NCBI GenBank assembly: GCA_965223465.1
Contig: OZ245025.1
Location: 722,718-786,717 of the forward strand
Source of the DNA: Candidatus Poriferihabitaceae bacterium
GTDB taxonomy: Bacteria > Pseudomonadota > Gammaproteobacteria > Arenicellales > Poriferihabitantaceae
Direction: 5' to 3'
DNA: 64,000 nt
Position numbers and translations under genes: made by a program. Below are positions 34,416 through 45,392 of the stretch, piece by piece. Under the pieces are notes generated by a model that was given only the letters and a program-made list of their open reading frames with translations, was not told where the DNA came from and did no database searches. How positions within the stretch are numbered: the stretch's first letter is position 1; each line of letters opens with the position of its first letter.

Positions 34416-37400
34416 TTAACGTTCATCACCAAAAATCTGGATTTTCTCCTTAACTTGCTCTGCGAGTGCTTTATTCGGTTCGAATAGCGTTTGTTCGCAG
34501 ACATCTGAATTGGCTTTATTACGGTCTAGCAAACCTTGTGCTAACAAGGTCCAGCCACCAGAGAATACCGCAGCACCAATTGCTGCACTGGTTTGCAGCA
34601 AAGAAGAACTATCGATTGAGACTTTAGGTTTGGCAAAATCTCCGGAAATCTTGGCTATATTTGCGACCAGGCCTGCGCTTAAGCCCAAACCTTTACGGGC
34701 TTTTGGCTTAATCAATATCTCCAGCTCTTCTTTACCTAGATCGATTGCGCCGCCCCCTAATACGGTTACTTTATCGGTTTTAATTGCGATACCTTGCGAA
34801 GCAACAGCATTACCCTTTACCACTGGGAAATGGATGACGCCACATTCTATTGGAAGATAGTCAGCCTGGCGTGAAAATGGGTTAATAATATCCAGAATTC
34901 CGGTAATTAAATCTGCCCCAAATAGCTCTAAGTTCTTGTTTTTAAGCAATGAATCATGTAGTTGTAGCTGAATTTTACCGTAAGCGTTGTCCATGAAATT
35001 TGCGATGCTGTTCCCCCCCCCACCCAGACCTATATCTATATCTACGACCCCATCTCGAATAAGCTCGGATTCACCAAATAAATTCAAATATTCAGGTTTG
35101 ATGCCCTCACCCCGGATCGAGCTGATAATGCTGTAAGGTTGCTGTTGCGCAACCAGGGTTAACCACATTTCCAATTGCCCTTCTCCCACCAAGCCATAGG
35201 TACCGGGAATAGTGAGTACCCCATCTTCGATGGTTAGATTAACTGTGGCGTCAGTAATCTCTGCAAACACGCCATTTAAGCGTTTGGCTTTGAAGGCTAA
35301 ATCAGTATCAATATCGTTTAGCCAGGTAAGTGATAGTGGGTCATCTGAAAATAGTCTTTTGCGCTTTTCCCGTTGCATCAGGGCGAGCACATCCAGGTTG
35401 GCGGATCTAAGCTCACCCGTGATTCTAGGTTTACCGCCTTTAGGCGTCACAACATTCAGCTCACCTTGAATATCGGTCTCGCCAATATTCATGCTGCTAA
35501 CCCGAATGGCCAAATTATCTGGCTTTCCCGATAAAGTTGCTGACGCAACACCTCTTATTCCCGGTTTTAAGGGTAGGTTTGATAAAAATGGCACGCTACT
35601 CAGTTCAGAAGCAGTAAGACCCAAAGATAATGATAAGTCGCTAAACTGGTTAGCATTCGCAATGTTACCGGCAATATTAACCAGACTCGAGCCTTTGGCT
35701 AAACTAAGCTGGCTATCAATATTGTTTAAAGAAAAGTATGGATCTGTCGGCGATTTATTGATCTCGATATAAGCGCGTATATTCTCTGGAGCGAGCGTTT
35801 TAATCAGTTTATGATCATATTTACCCAGCTGTAGACGTTGCATGTCTGCAATCAAGGCAAACTCGGGGGCTTCGGGGAAATGTAGAACATTACCCGTGAC
35901 AACGCCTTGATTGCTTCCCTGTAAAACCACTTTAATATCACGTATTGACCAGTCTTTTAGGCTTTCTGCAGTTAATGTCGCCACGCCAACCCCCGCCAAC
36001 GGCTGGCTTAACTTTGTCTCGGTGTTAAGTAGCTGTGGCAGATTGTCGATTGATTCTATGTTGGCTTTGATTGAGAGTTCTGCTTGTAAATCTGGGCCGA
36101 GCGATGTAACCGAACCCGCACCCGTAAATTGTTGATGCTTATTTTCCATACTATATCCTAAGATATTGATATTAAACAAATTATCAATGCTTCCCTTGAC
36201 TGTTCCGGTGGCTTGCAACTTACCGAGATCGGGTAACTTAGTACCAAATTGCTGGTTAATCCTGCCAATGGATTCGGCCTGTATGGCAACGTCTACATCA
36301 CCTATATCAATGGTTTTCAGGTCCGCAATATCGCCACTGGCACTGATCTCAAGCCCCTCTGAGATCAGGGTTAAGCTAGCTTTGGGTGCAGATACTTCTG
36401 CGCGTTTGGTGTGGATTTGCGCGTCAATTTGAGTTTGCTCGAATTCAGGATAGCTTTTGTTATTTAATTCATTTATCTGGCGAACATCCTCTGGTGCCAG
36501 CTTGGATACCACGTGAAACTTTCCCTGTTGTGTTTTAGCTAAATCATCCAGCGAGCCTTTTACTTCAAGACGCTGGTTAAAAGTATGTATATCAATTGCT
36601 TCAAGCGCTAACTTACCCTCTTTACGTCGCAGCTTGAGAGTACCGTCCAAGGCGTCGGTTTTGATCCATTTGCGTGCGATAATGGAACCCACTTTATCAA
36701 GCGAATCCGCATGCACATCAAAAGTGATCCCTTCTGTATTCGCCTTGAGTATGTGCTCAATTTTACCCTTGCCTTGAGCCGCTATCCCCTCCCCCTTTAA
36801 GCTGGCAGATAATACTTCGAAACCCAGCGCATCTTGCTTGTTACCTTGGAGTGAAAAATCCGTGTCTATGATCGCGTCGGTTTCAGTTTCCAGGCCTTTC
36901 CATTGCAGGATGGCGGCCAATGGGTAATGTGATTTTCCGCTTAATTCAATGCCCTTCCAATTGCTAATTTGCTTCACCAGCCCGTTAATTTTGGTTTCTC
37001 CATCCAAACCGACGCTGCTCACTTTTATATCATTGAGTTTGGCACTTGACCAACGCTGCGGTTGCACGAATTGGGCGGCGCCTGAAAGTGGGGGCGTATC
37101 TATTAACTGGGTGCTCATCCATGGTTGCAAGTCAGTGAGAGACGGCGTGGACAGGTCTAATTGAATATCGTGCCCCTGCCAGCGAAATAAGTCAGCGATT
37201 TGCCCGTGCCCTTTAATCCGAGTTGGTCCATGTCTTCCACTAAAACTGAGTGTGGTGGGTTCGCGTAATAACATATTGCGCAGATTGTTTACTTCCACAT
37301 CAAGTTCGATCGGCTTATCATGTAACTGCGCTGTAGCCTGGATCTGGATCGCCTGGCTAAAATAATTAGTTTGGCCGGTAATGGAGGCCACTTTGATATG

Positions 37401-37901
37401 GTGCTCGATTGGGCCCATGTCTATACTAATTCGAGCATCTTCAATCCGCGCGTTTTGAATACGCAGAGTTTCTGCTAACCGGGTGAAAGGTTTAGGTTCA
37501 CGTTTACTGCCAAACTGCCAGTTTGTTTGTTTTAAAACAGGGTTTTTTTCGACGAGAATTTTAGGTTTTTGTGCGCTGACCTTTTCCAGCACCACTTCGC
37601 CGCTCAATAAACTACGAATAGACAAGCTTGCGCTCAGAGAATCAATCTCCAACATCCAAGGTTTGCTTCCCCACTCGGCATTTGCCATTTTGATGTCCCT
37701 GGCGTAAAAAGTGGGCTGCGGGTTGATGCGGAAACCAAACCCGCCCTGGATATCGATATTTCGGTTGGTGGTCAGTTCGATTTTCTCCACCAGTTTGGCT
37801 TCGACTTCATCGTTAAATACCGTCAGTAGCAAAGTAACACCCACTAACACGATCACCAGCAGGGATACCAACGTCCACAGGAGATAGAGCAAATATCGCA
37901 T
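34416..37901 (-). CDS. AsmA-family large envelope protein (AsmA/YhdP/TamB-like)
   Basis: ATG at 37901 ([22 protein letters not shown] signal-anchor). The AsmA-like N-terminus ([26 protein letters not shown]...[16 protein letters not shown]) is followed by a long beta-rich body; 1161 aa. The extension to 37991 is rejected. Confidence 0.75.
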   Translation of the reverse strand: MRYLLYLLWTLVSLLVIVLVGVTLLLTVFNDEVEAKLVEKIELTTNRNIDIQGGFGFRINPQPTFYARDIKMANAEWGSKPWMLEIDSLSASLSIRSLLSGEVVLEKVSAQKPKILVEKNPVLKQTNWQFGSKREPKPFTRLAETLRIQNARIEDARISIDMGPIEHHIKVASITGQTNYFSQAIQIQATAQLHDKPIELDVEVNNLRNMLLREPTTLSFSGRHGPTRIKGHGQIADLFRWQGHDIQLDLSTPSLTDLQPWMSTQLIDTPPLSGAAQFVQPQRWSSAKLNDIKVSSVGLDGETKINGLVKQISNWKGIELSGKSHYPLAAILQWKGLETETDAIIDTDFSLQGNKQDALGFEVLSASLKGEGIAAQGKGKIEHILKANTEGITFDVHADSLDKVGSIIARKWIKTDALDGTLKLRRKEGKLALEAIDIHTFNQRLEVKGSLDDLAKTQQGKFHVVSKLAPEDVRQINELNNKSYPEFEQTQIDAQIHTKRAEVSAPKASLTLISEGLEISASGDIADLKTIDIGDVDVAIQAESIGRINQQFGTKLPDLGKLQATGTVKGSIDNLFNINILGYSMENKHQQFTGAGSVTSLGPDLQAELSIKANIESIDNLPQLLNTETKLSQPLAGVGVATLTAESLKDWSIRDIKVVLQGSNQGVVTGNVLHFPEAPEFALIADMQRLQLGKYDHKLIKTLAPENIRAYIEINKSPTDPYFSLNNIDSQLSLAKGSSLVNIAGNIANANQFSDLSLSLGLTASELSSVPFLSNLPLKPGIRGVASATLSGKPDNLAIRVSSMNIGETDIQGELNVVTPKGGKPRITGELRSANLDVLALMQREKRKRLFSDDPLSLTWLNDIDTDLAFKAKRLNGVFAEITDATVNLTIEDGVLTIPGTYGLVGEGQLEMWLTLVAQQQPYSIISSIRGEGIKPEYLNLFGESELIRDGVVDIDIGLGGGGNSIANFMDNAYGKIQLQLHDSLLKNKNLELFGADLITGILDIINPFSRQADYLPIECGVIHFPVVKGNAVASQGIAIKTDKVTVLGGGAIDLGKEELEILIKPKARKGLGLSAGLVANIAKISGDFAKPKVSIDSSSLLQTSAAIGAAVFSGGWTLLAQGLLDRNKANSDVCEQTLFEPNKALAEQVKEKIQIFGDER

Positions 37902-37950
37902 TATTTCAGTAAACTCGCATGCTTTACGTGATTCACCTTTTTCCCATATT

Positions 37951-38748
37951 TTGTCAACAGTATCTCCCCTTAGCGATAAACAACAGCGCACCTACAACAA
38001 GCGCCAAAAAAGGTTACAGCGTCTGGTTGGTCAAGCCATCGAGGATTATGCCATGATTGCCGATCAAGATCGCGTTATGGTGTGCCTTTCTGGCGGTAAA
38101 GATTCCTATACGATGCTGGATATCTTGTTGGCCTTACAAAAGCGCGCGCCCATTCATTTTGACCTGGTGGCGGTAAATCTGGATCAAAAACAACCCGGGT
38201 TCCCAGAACATGTCCTGCCCGCCTATTTGTCCGCCCTTGGTGTGGAATATCACATCATCGAACAGGATACCTATCGTATTGTGCAGGAAAAGTTAGCAGT
38301 TGGAAAAACCATGTGCAGCCTATGCTCACGCATGCGACGCGGTATTTTATATAACTTTGCACATGCACATGGTCTGAATAAGATTGCGCTGGGCCACCAT
38401 CGTGATGACCTGATTGAAACCCTTTTTCTGAATATGTTTTATGGTGGTAAGCTCAAAGCAATGCCGCCCAAGCTAAAGAGTGATGATGGTCGTAATATTG
38501 TTATTCGGCCCTTGGCTTATTGCAAAGAAGAGGATATTGAAGCTTATGCTCAACAACGCGGTTATCCCATTATTCCCTGCAACTTATGTGGCTCACAAGA
38601 TGGGCTACAGCGCCAAGCAATAAAGGCCATGCTGCAGCAATGGCATAAGCAATTTCCGGGAAGAGTAGAGACCATATTTAAAAGCATGCAGAACATTCAG
38701 CCCTCTCAGCTAGCTGATAAAAACTTATTCGATTTTGCACGTTTTTAA
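37951..38748 (+). CDS. ttcA: tRNA 2-thiocytidine(32) synthetase
   Basis: Near-colinear with E. coli TtcA: [67 protein letters not shown] start assumed at 37951. Confidence 0.93.
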   Translation: MSTVSPLSDKQQRTYNKRQKRLQRLVGQAIEDYAMIADQDRVMVCLSGGKDSYTMLDILLALQKRAPIHFDLVAVNLDQKQPGFPEHVLPAYLSALGVEYHIIEQDTYRIVQEKLAVGKTMCSLCSRMRRGILYNFAHAHGLNKIALGHHRDDLIETLFLNMFYGGKLKAMPPKLKSDDGRNIVIRPLAYCKEEDIEAYAQQRGYPIIPCNLCGSQDGLQRQAIKAMLQQWHKQFPGRVETIFKSMQNIQPSQLADKNLFDFARF

Positions 38749-38838
38749 CCCGGATCATGAACACTAGACAAGTAATAAGCCAGTCATGTTGAACACGGTA
38801 GAATCGAACTCACTTAAGCCCTTAAATTTGGACTTCGT

Positions 38839-41544
38839 ATGATCGATAATCTCGCTGCGTTGGATGATGATGAACAAATTTATTCCAGCCTGAACCCACA
38901 TTTACACAAAAATGTTCGCCTGTTGGGTGGTCTGCTGGGAAAGGCGATTCGTCGACAAAGTGGTGATGCGCTTTATCAACAAGTGGAAGCGATTCGTAAA
39001 TTAGCGATTCAGGCCCGCAGCAGTGATCACTCTGGCAATCGCGCGTTGCACGCGCAACTGAAAGGATTGTCCGCCAAGGATATGTACTATCTGGCTCGCG
39101 CCTTTAGCTTGTTTTTGAATCTTTCCAATATTGCAGATCAACATGAACAGCTTCGATTGCATAAATCACTTGATTGGGATGGGCTGGATGAAAATGCCGA
39201 GCGACCGGTTGTGCAAAATGCATTTTGTAAGTTAAACGATAAATTATCTTCTCTTATTGCTCAAGGTGTGCGTGCAGACGATCTGTACAACACAATTTGT
39301 GATCTCAAGATCGAACCGGTTCTGACCGCGCATCCGACGGAAGTGAGCCGACGTACCGTATCTAATAAATATTTACGTATTACGCGAATATTAGAAGCGC
39401 TGGAACAACCTAATCTGCGTGAGTATCACATCGAACAATTACATGATCATTTGTATCAGGTGATCACTGAGATCTGGGAAACTGATGAGATTCGACGTCG
39501 GCAACCCACCCCGCTTGATGAAGCGAAATCAGGCTTGGTGGTACTGGAACAAACCATGTGGAATGCGGTGCCCGAGGTCGTAAGAACTCTATCTCGAGTA
39601 TTGATGAAACATACGGGCAGACCCCTGCCATTGGACGCCACTCCACTCAGAATTTGCTCGTGGATGGGCGGTGATAGGGATGGCAATCCCAATGTCACGC
39701 CTGGTATTACGCAGCAGGTGATAGACGCTTCTCGCTGGAAAGCAGCTGAACTCTATCATCGAGAAATAAAAGCATTACGCGATGAGTTGTCCATGAATGA
39801 TTGCAATGCCAGCCTGAGAGCACAGGTTGGTGAGGTACACGAACCGTATCGCGTGCTCTTAAAAGAGCTATTAAATAAGTTGATCAACACTATGCGGTGC
39901 ATGGAGGCACGGCTAGATGGCAGTCGCAATAACGACGCTAACATTATTCATGCCAAACACGATTTACTTGATCCGTTAATGCTATGTTTCCAATCTCTGC
40001 TGGATTGCGATAATCGGATCATCGCCAACGGCCGGCTCAGCGATATTATCCGACGGGTACATGCCTTTGGCGTCATCGCCATGCCGTTGGATATCCGCCA
40101 GGAATCGAGCAGGCATAGTCAGGCACTGAATGAAATAACTCAATATTTAGGACTGGGTGAGTATGCGTTGTGGACCGAAACCGAGCGCCAGGCGTTTCTA
40201 TGCAGCGAATTAACCAATAAAAGGCCGCTAATTCCGGATGACTTTCCTGCCAGTGATGAGGTAAAAGAAGTGCTTGACACCTTTAAATTGCTGGCGCGTC
40301 AACCCGCGGAATATTTAGGTGCCTATATTATTTCAATGGCCACCTGCCCTTCTGATGTGCTGGCAGTTGAGGTTTTACAAAAAGCCTGCGGTGTTACTCA
40401 GCCGCAGCGTGTCGTGCCTTTATTTGAGCGCTTGAATGATTTACAGAATGCGGCGCAAACCATGGATACTTTATGGTCGAATTCGGAATATAAACAAAAA
40501 ATAGCGAATCAGCAGGAAGTGATGATTGGTTATTCGGATTCGGCCAAAGATGCTGGCCAATTAACCGCCGCTTGGGCATTGTACAATGCGCAGGAGCAGT
40601 TAGTCGAGCTCGCTGAGAAACATGCCATCAAGTTAACCCTATTCCATGGCAGAGGTGGAAGTGTGGCGCGAGGGGGTGGCCCAGCCAAAGGTGCGATCCG
40701 CTCTCAACCACCCGGTTCGGTCAACGGTAGTATGCGCGTGACCGAGCAAGGCGAAGTAATCCAGGCCAAATACGGGGTGCCTGGTTTGGCGGTAGAGAGT
40801 CTTAAAATCTATTTGTGCTCGGTACTCGATGCAACCTTAATGCCACCACCCAAACCGAAACCGCAGTGGCGTCAGTGCATGGATCAACTTTCAGCCCATG
40901 CGCTAAAAGAATTTCGCGGGATGATTCGAGATAACCCTGATTTTGTACCCTATTTTGTACAGGCAACCCCCGAAGCCGAACTGGGTGCATTGAAGATTGG
41001 TTCGCGACCCGCGCGGCGTAGAAAAGGTGAAGGCATTACCTATTTACGCGCCATCCCATGGATATTCGCCTGGACTCAGACCCGTCTAATGCTGCCGGCC
41101 TGGCTTGGCATCGGGTCAGCACTGCAGCAAGCACTGGATAAAAATCAGGAGGACGAGCTGCGCGATATGCAGGCCAATTGGCCGTTCTTCAAATCAACCA
41201 TTGATCTGGTTGAAATGGTGCTGGCCAAGGCCGATCCTGAAGTTGCTAGTTTATATGATCAGCAGCTGGTGGACGAAAAATTACGCCCCTTGGGCAAATT
41301 ACTACGGGATAAATACCAGGTTATCGAAGATAAGGTACTCGCTTTAACGGGGCACCGTCGGCTGGTGGAGCATGAACCATTTGTGTTACAAGGTATTATT
41401 GTACGTAACCCTTATGTAGATCCGCTTAATATTTTGCAGGTGGAGATGTTATCGCGGATTCGCGGGGGGGAAACGGGCATGATTGAAGATGCACTGATTA
41501 TTGCGATCAATGGTATTTCAGCTGGCATGCGTAATACGGGATAA
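38839..41544 (+). CDS. ppc: Phosphoenolpyruvate carboxylase
   Basis: 901 aa. VLTAHPTE, GYSDSAKDAG and FHGRGGSVARGGGP motifs, with a C-terminal ...GMRNTG. Confidence 0.97.
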   Translation: MIDNLAALDDDEQIYSSLNPHLHKNVRLLGGLLGKAIRRQSGDALYQQVEAIRKLAIQARSSDHSGNRALHAQLKGLSAKDMYYLARAFSLFLNLSNIADQHEQLRLHKSLDWDGLDENAERPVVQNAFCKLNDKLSSLIAQGVRADDLYNTICDLKIEPVLTAHPTEVSRRTVSNKYLRITRILEALEQPNLREYHIEQLHDHLYQVITEIWETDEIRRRQPTPLDEAKSGLVVLEQTMWNAVPEVVRTLSRVLMKHTGRPLPLDATPLRICSWMGGDRDGNPNVTPGITQQVIDASRWKAAELYHREIKALRDELSMNDCNASLRAQVGEVHEPYRVLLKELLNKLINTMRCMEARLDGSRNNDANIIHAKHDLLDPLMLCFQSLLDCDNRIIANGRLSDIIRRVHAFGVIAMPLDIRQESSRHSQALNEITQYLGLGEYALWTETERQAFLCSELTNKRPLIPDDFPASDEVKEVLDTFKLLARQPAEYLGAYIISMATCPSDVLAVEVLQKACGVTQPQRVVPLFERLNDLQNAAQTMDTLWSNSEYKQKIANQQEVMIGYSDSAKDAGQLTAAWALYNAQEQLVELAEKHAIKLTLFHGRGGSVARGGGPAKGAIRSQPPGSVNGSMRVTEQGEVIQAKYGVPGLAVESLKIYLCSVLDATLMPPPKPKPQWRQCMDQLSAHALKEFRGMIRDNPDFVPYFVQATPEAELGALKIGSRPARRRKGEGITYLRAIPWIFAWTQTRLMLPAWLGIGSALQQALDKNQEDELRDMQANWPFFKSTIDLVEMVLAKADPEVASLYDQQLVDEKLRPLGKLLRDKYQVIEDKVLALTGHRRLVEHEPFVLQGIIVRNPYVDPLNILQVEMLSRIRGGETGMIEDALIIAINGISAGMRNTG

Positions 41545-41552
41545 TATTAATT

Positions 41553-42299
41553 ATGAGCATACAAGATAGCGATTATCATTTCGAGGGTTTGAACTTTCTG
41601 ATCACTGGTGCCGGTTTTGATATTGGCAAAGGGCTGGCTATTCGCTGCGCGCAGAAAGGGGCGCACGTGATACTCATGGATCAGGATAGCCGTGCACTAA
41701 ATGCGGTCTATGATGAAATTACCGCCTCAAGCGACGTAAAACCCACTATTTTGGAGTTGGCGGGTAAAAATTTGATAGATGAGACCGCGACGCTCATCTT
41801 GCAACAAATCCTGTCAGAACATCATAAACTGGATGCGTTGATCCACACGGCGAATGCCGCGTTCCCACTGACCCCTATCCATATGGTGGAAGATGATGCA
41901 TTCAAGCAAGCGTTTGATTTCCTGCACACCCTGCCCCACCGTATTACGCGTGAACTCTATCCCGCCTTACAAGCCGCAGATAAGCCTTCTATAATTTTTA
42001 CCAGTCATTTCTCAGCGAGCACCCATAAACCTTTTTGGGGCTGTCACGCAGCGGCGTTCGCTGCGCTGGAAGCCACCGCCAGGCAATGGGCGGCAGATAC
42101 CCAAAAGGCCGGGTTTAGCGTAAATTCGATTGATCCTGGCGTGGCCAATACAGCGGTGCGTCGCAAGCACTACCCGGCGGAGCAGCAAGCGCATCTGCGC
42201 AAACCAGATGACGAGGCGATTATGAGTATCTATTTGAATTTGCTTAGCCCGACCGGCAAACAAAGAAGCGGAGAGCACTTTACCATAACAGAGGTGTAG
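41553..42299 (+). CDS. YciK-like SDR-fold protein lacking the catalytic YxxxK motif
   Basis: Colinear with E. coli YciK, but TGAGFDIG replaces TGASDGIG and WGCHAAAFAALEA replaces WGAYAASKFATEG (Tyr to His, Lys to Phe). Confidence 0.75.
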   Translation: MSIQDSDYHFEGLNFLITGAGFDIGKGLAIRCAQKGAHVILMDQDSRALNAVYDEITASSDVKPTILELAGKNLIDETATLILQQILSEHHKLDALIHTANAAFPLTPIHMVEDDAFKQAFDFLHTLPHRITRELYPALQAADKPSIIFTSHFSASTHKPFWGCHAAAFAALEATARQWAADTQKAGFSVNSIDPGVANTAVRRKHYPAEQQAHLRKPDDEAIMSIYLNLLSPTGKQRSGEHFTITEV

Positions 42300-42386
42300 C
42301 ACCCTAACCGGCAGCAGAGAATTATATAATAACTTTAATAATATTTAATAATAGATTGTTTTTAAATATTATTTCAGAATTTTTAT

Positions 42387-42920
42387 GTGCATAATATGCA
42401 AAGGCGAGAAGACCAGCCCCATAGTCACAGGTGTATCGAGCCAACGAGCCTCAAAGTTGGACTACTGATCACTTTTGGTTTGCTTATCGTTGGCTTGTTT
42501 GCACCTATCATTACGTTTAAAAAGTTTGTTTTGGTGCAGAATACCTTTTCGGTGGTCGGGGGTGTCGGTGAGCTATTCAAAGAAGGTAAATTTTTCCTGT
42601 TTTTTGTTATCACAACGTTTAGCATTGTGTTACCTCTGCTTAAATTGGGTGTCTTGGTTCGAATTTTATTTAGTCAGGCTACCTCGCAGAAATTATCAGC
42701 TTATCTTCACTGGATGCATCTTTACGGTAAGTGGTCAATGTTGGACGTATTTGTGGTCGCCGTTTTAGTCGTTGTCGTAAAACTCGGTGTTATTGCGAGC
42801 GTAGAAATGCGATATGGCTTATACGCCTTCGCGGCCGCGGTTTTACTCACCATGATTATTACCGCCCGGGTCGTCAAGCTGTACGATAAATCGAACAACT
42901 TGGCTACACCATCTGCGTAA
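42387..42920 (+). CDS. Single-module PqiA (paraquat-inducible protein A) family membrane protein
   Basis: FAPIITFKKF.....FSVVGGVGELFKEGKFFLFFVITTFSIVLPLLKL...LHWMHLYGKWSMLDVFVVAVLV matches one PqiA repeat. The start is uncertain (GTG 42387 or ATG 42396). Confidence 0.75.
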   Translation: MHNMQRREDQPHSHRCIEPTSLKVGLLITFGLLIVGLFAPIITFKKFVLVQNTFSVVGGVGELFKEGKFFLFFVITTFSIVLPLLKLGVLVRILFSQATSQKLSAYLHWMHLYGKWSMLDVFVVAVLVVVVKLGVIASVEMRYGLYAFAAAVLLTMIITARVVKLYDKSNNLATPSA

Positions 42921-42933
42921 TAGTTATCCCGTA

Positions 42934-43641
42934 ATGAAGAAAATACTCCTCATTTTATTCGTCTGTCTAGTCGCATTCCAATGGTGGCAAACTGACAAAA
43001 CTATTCGGGTTTCAAGTAACGATGTAAGCTATGACTACTTAGTAAAACATGTCGGAAGCGCGCAAAAAAGAGATACTTTGCCGCTGCTCATTGCGCTCCA
43101 CGGTAACGGTGATACGCCGGAGAATTTTTACCATACTGCCCTAGACACACTTGATCTTCCAGTGCGCGTTATTCTATTGAAAGCCCCTGTTGCCCGCGCG
43201 TTAGGTACGGCCTGGCCTTGGTCAGCAGCAGAATTCGACCAATACGGCGAAGCCTTTAGTGAGGCAGTGGAAGCGTTGGTGGATAAATACCCTACGCGGG
43301 GCAAACCCGTGCTATTAGGTTTTTCGGGCGGCGGGATGATGGCGTTCTACCAAGCGTTAAAACATGGTGGCCTTTATGCCGCTATATTTCCTATATCGGG
43401 CCAGCTCAATCAGGAAATGTTGGGTGATGGCCCGCTTCGCACCGGGGCAAAGGTTTTGGCTTATCATGGCGATGTAGACAGTGTGATTTCCATTGCGGGT
43501 GCGAGAAATGCCATCGCGATGTTACACACGCATCAAGTTGTGGCCGAATTAACTGAATTTAAGGGCGGGCACCACGGCATTTTTACCACGATGAAAACGC
43601 AAATAGTTTCAGCGGTTGAGCAAGCGCTTGCAGAACAATAG
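42934..43641 (+). CDS. Secreted or anchored phospholipase/carboxylesterase-type alpha/beta hydrolase
   Basis: LHGNGDT, a GFSGGG nucleophile elbow, and a late His (GGHHG). 235 aa. Confidence 0.75.
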   Translation: MKKILLILFVCLVAFQWWQTDKTIRVSSNDVSYDYLVKHVGSAQKRDTLPLLIALHGNGDTPENFYHTALDTLDLPVRVILLKAPVARALGTAWPWSAAEFDQYGEAFSEAVEALVDKYPTRGKPVLLGFSGGGMMAFYQALKHGGLYAAIFPISGQLNQEMLGDGPLRTGAKVLAYHGDVDSVISIAGARNAIAMLHTHQVVAELTEFKGGHHGIFTTMKTQIVSAVEQALAEQ

Positions 43642-43736
43642 CTGATAAATAGTACTTTTAGGCTATTCAATAGTATTGGGAATTTTGAAAATGCTTAAGA
43701 TTCAGATACTTTTGCGTAATTCTTTCGATAATTGTC

Positions 43737-43765
43737 ATGACTCTGTCATAAAAGCCTTATATAAT
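43737..43765 (+). promoter_or_regulatory. Candidate sigma-70 promoter of the csp gene
   Basis: ATGACT (43737-43742), a 17-bp spacer, then TATAAT (43760-43765). This predicts a leader of about 165 nt, as for E. coli cspA. Confidence 0.4.
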
Positions 43766-43936
43766 CGCGCTAGCTTGAACGTACGACTTTTATTTATGTT
43801 TACTACTTTGATGTTTTGTTTTACCGCTTCATCCTGTTTTTCATAAGTACCAGCTACACTTCCAGCGTGACCGCCCCAAAGAGTTTGACTCTTGAAAGGC
43901 AAAATTTACTTTTGAATAATTAGGATATTTATATAC

Positions 43937-44149
43937 ATGTCTGAAAAAACTACCGGAACCGTCAAATGGTTCAATGAGTCTAAAGGTTTTGGCTTTATCG
44001 AACGCGAATCTGGCCCTGATGTTTTTGCACATTTTCGTGCCATTAACGGTGAAGGCTTTAAAACTTTGCTCGAAGGCCAAAAGGTTGAGTTCACCGTAAC
44101 TGAATCTGAAAAAGGCCCACAGGCGGACGATATTACCGTCATCAGCTAA
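43937..44149 (+). CDS. Cold-shock protein, CspA family
   Basis: [15 protein letters not shown] (RNP1) and DVFAHF (RNP2). 70 aa. Confidence 0.95.
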   Translation: MSEKTTGTVKWFNESKGFGFIERESGPDVFAHFRAINGEGFKTLLEGQKVEFTVTESEKGPQADDITVIS

Positions 44150-44192
44150 AGCTAAGCTCTATCTGAGGAGTTTCATACTCCTTATAATTAAA

Positions 44193-44220
44193 GGTACAAC
44201 CGCAGGGTTGTGCCTTTTTT
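44193..44220 (+). terminator. Rho-independent terminator of the csp gene
   Basis: GGTACAACC-GCAG-GGTTGTGCC followed by T6. Confidence 0.8.
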
Positions 44221-44238
44221 CTGGGTTATAGAATGTGC

Positions 44239-45375
44239 TTAACCATTAAATCGAACTAGAAACTCATCCATTGCAGCCAGCCCCGCATCAATTCCTCTGC
44301 GACCAAAGCCAATCCGAAACCGATCTTTCGGCGTTGCGCCCAACTCCGATCGGTAGATGCTTGATGGTAATAGTAGTACACCGGCCTGTTCCAGCAGTTG
44401 TTGGGTAAAGTGTTCCACCCCATCTCCACCCAGGTAACGTGGAAAGGCCATACACGATCCATCAGAAACCCGCCAATCGAATAGCGCTTTATGTTTGGCA
44501 AAGAACGCCTCTAACTTGACCAAATTGTCATCAATTATTTTGCAGTTTCGCGCCAAAATTTGATCTCGATTGCGCAATGCAATTTTCGTGAGCCTTTCGC
44601 TAGGTCCAGCGTTGCAGATAGACAAATAGTGCTTAATACGCTCCATTTTTCGCAGTATTTGCCTGTCCGTACAAGCAATCCAGCCGACGCGTAAACCAGA
44701 TAGACCATATGCTTTTGACATGACATTCAGCGACAATCCCCGTTCATATATGTCCGCGATATATGGCATATGTTTCGCGCTCGTTCTCCCCAAACCATTA
44801 AATATCTCATCACTTAATATGTAGATACCGTGTTTTCTACATAGCGCGACCAAAGCATCAAGTCGCGCCATGGGCAGAATGGCGCCGGTTGGATTATGTG
44901 GAAAATTGATGGTTAAAAGCTTGGTATTGGGTTTGATTGCCTGCGCTATTTGGTCAATATCTAAAGACCAGTTGTCATCTGGATCCAGTGGAACACCTGT
45001 GGTGTCACAAATCGCAAGCGGTAATGATTCATGCGACTGGTAATTAGGTGTGATCACGATTGCATGGCTTTCTGGCCCCAAAAGCACTCTATTTGCTGCG
45101 AAAATGCCTTCACTGGCACCAGCAAAACAAAGAATATTTTCTGCTACCTGCTGCTGATACATTTCGGCAATCGTTGCACGCAAATCCGGTGCACCAAAAG
45201 TTTCTGTATATCCCAACCACAAATTCTCAAATTCTGCACGTTCCTCGGGCGTTGCCATCGCTAGAATATTGCTTAGTGACATGCTCTCCGCATCTGAGGC
45301 CGTCATATGGTATTGTGCTTTAAACTCCCATTTTGAGAAATACGTTTCAAGCTTAAAGTCAGGCAGTGATTTCAT
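44239..45375 (-). CDS. PLP-dependent aminotransferase, class I/II
   Basis: NPHNPTG, and a SKAYGLSGLRVGW Lys-PLP context. 378 aa. Confidence 0.88.
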   Translation of the reverse strand: MKSLPDFKLETYFSKWEFKAQYHMTASDAESMSLSNILAMATPEERAEFENLWLGYTETFGAPDLRATIAEMYQQQVAENILCFAGASEGIFAANRVLLGPESHAIVITPNYQSHESLPLAICDTTGVPLDPDDNWSLDIDQIAQAIKPNTKLLTINFPHNPTGAILPMARLDALVALCRKHGIYILSDEIFNGLGRTSAKHMPYIADIYERGLSLNVMSKAYGLSGLRVGWIACTDRQILRKMERIKHYLSICNAGPSERLTKIALRNRDQILARNCKIIDDNLVKLEAFFAKHKALFDWRVSDGSCMAFPRYLGGDGVEHFTQQLLEQAGVLLLPSSIYRSELGATPKDRFRIGFGRRGIDAGLAAMDEFLVRFNG

Positions 45376-45392
45376 TTCAGTGAAATTTTAAG

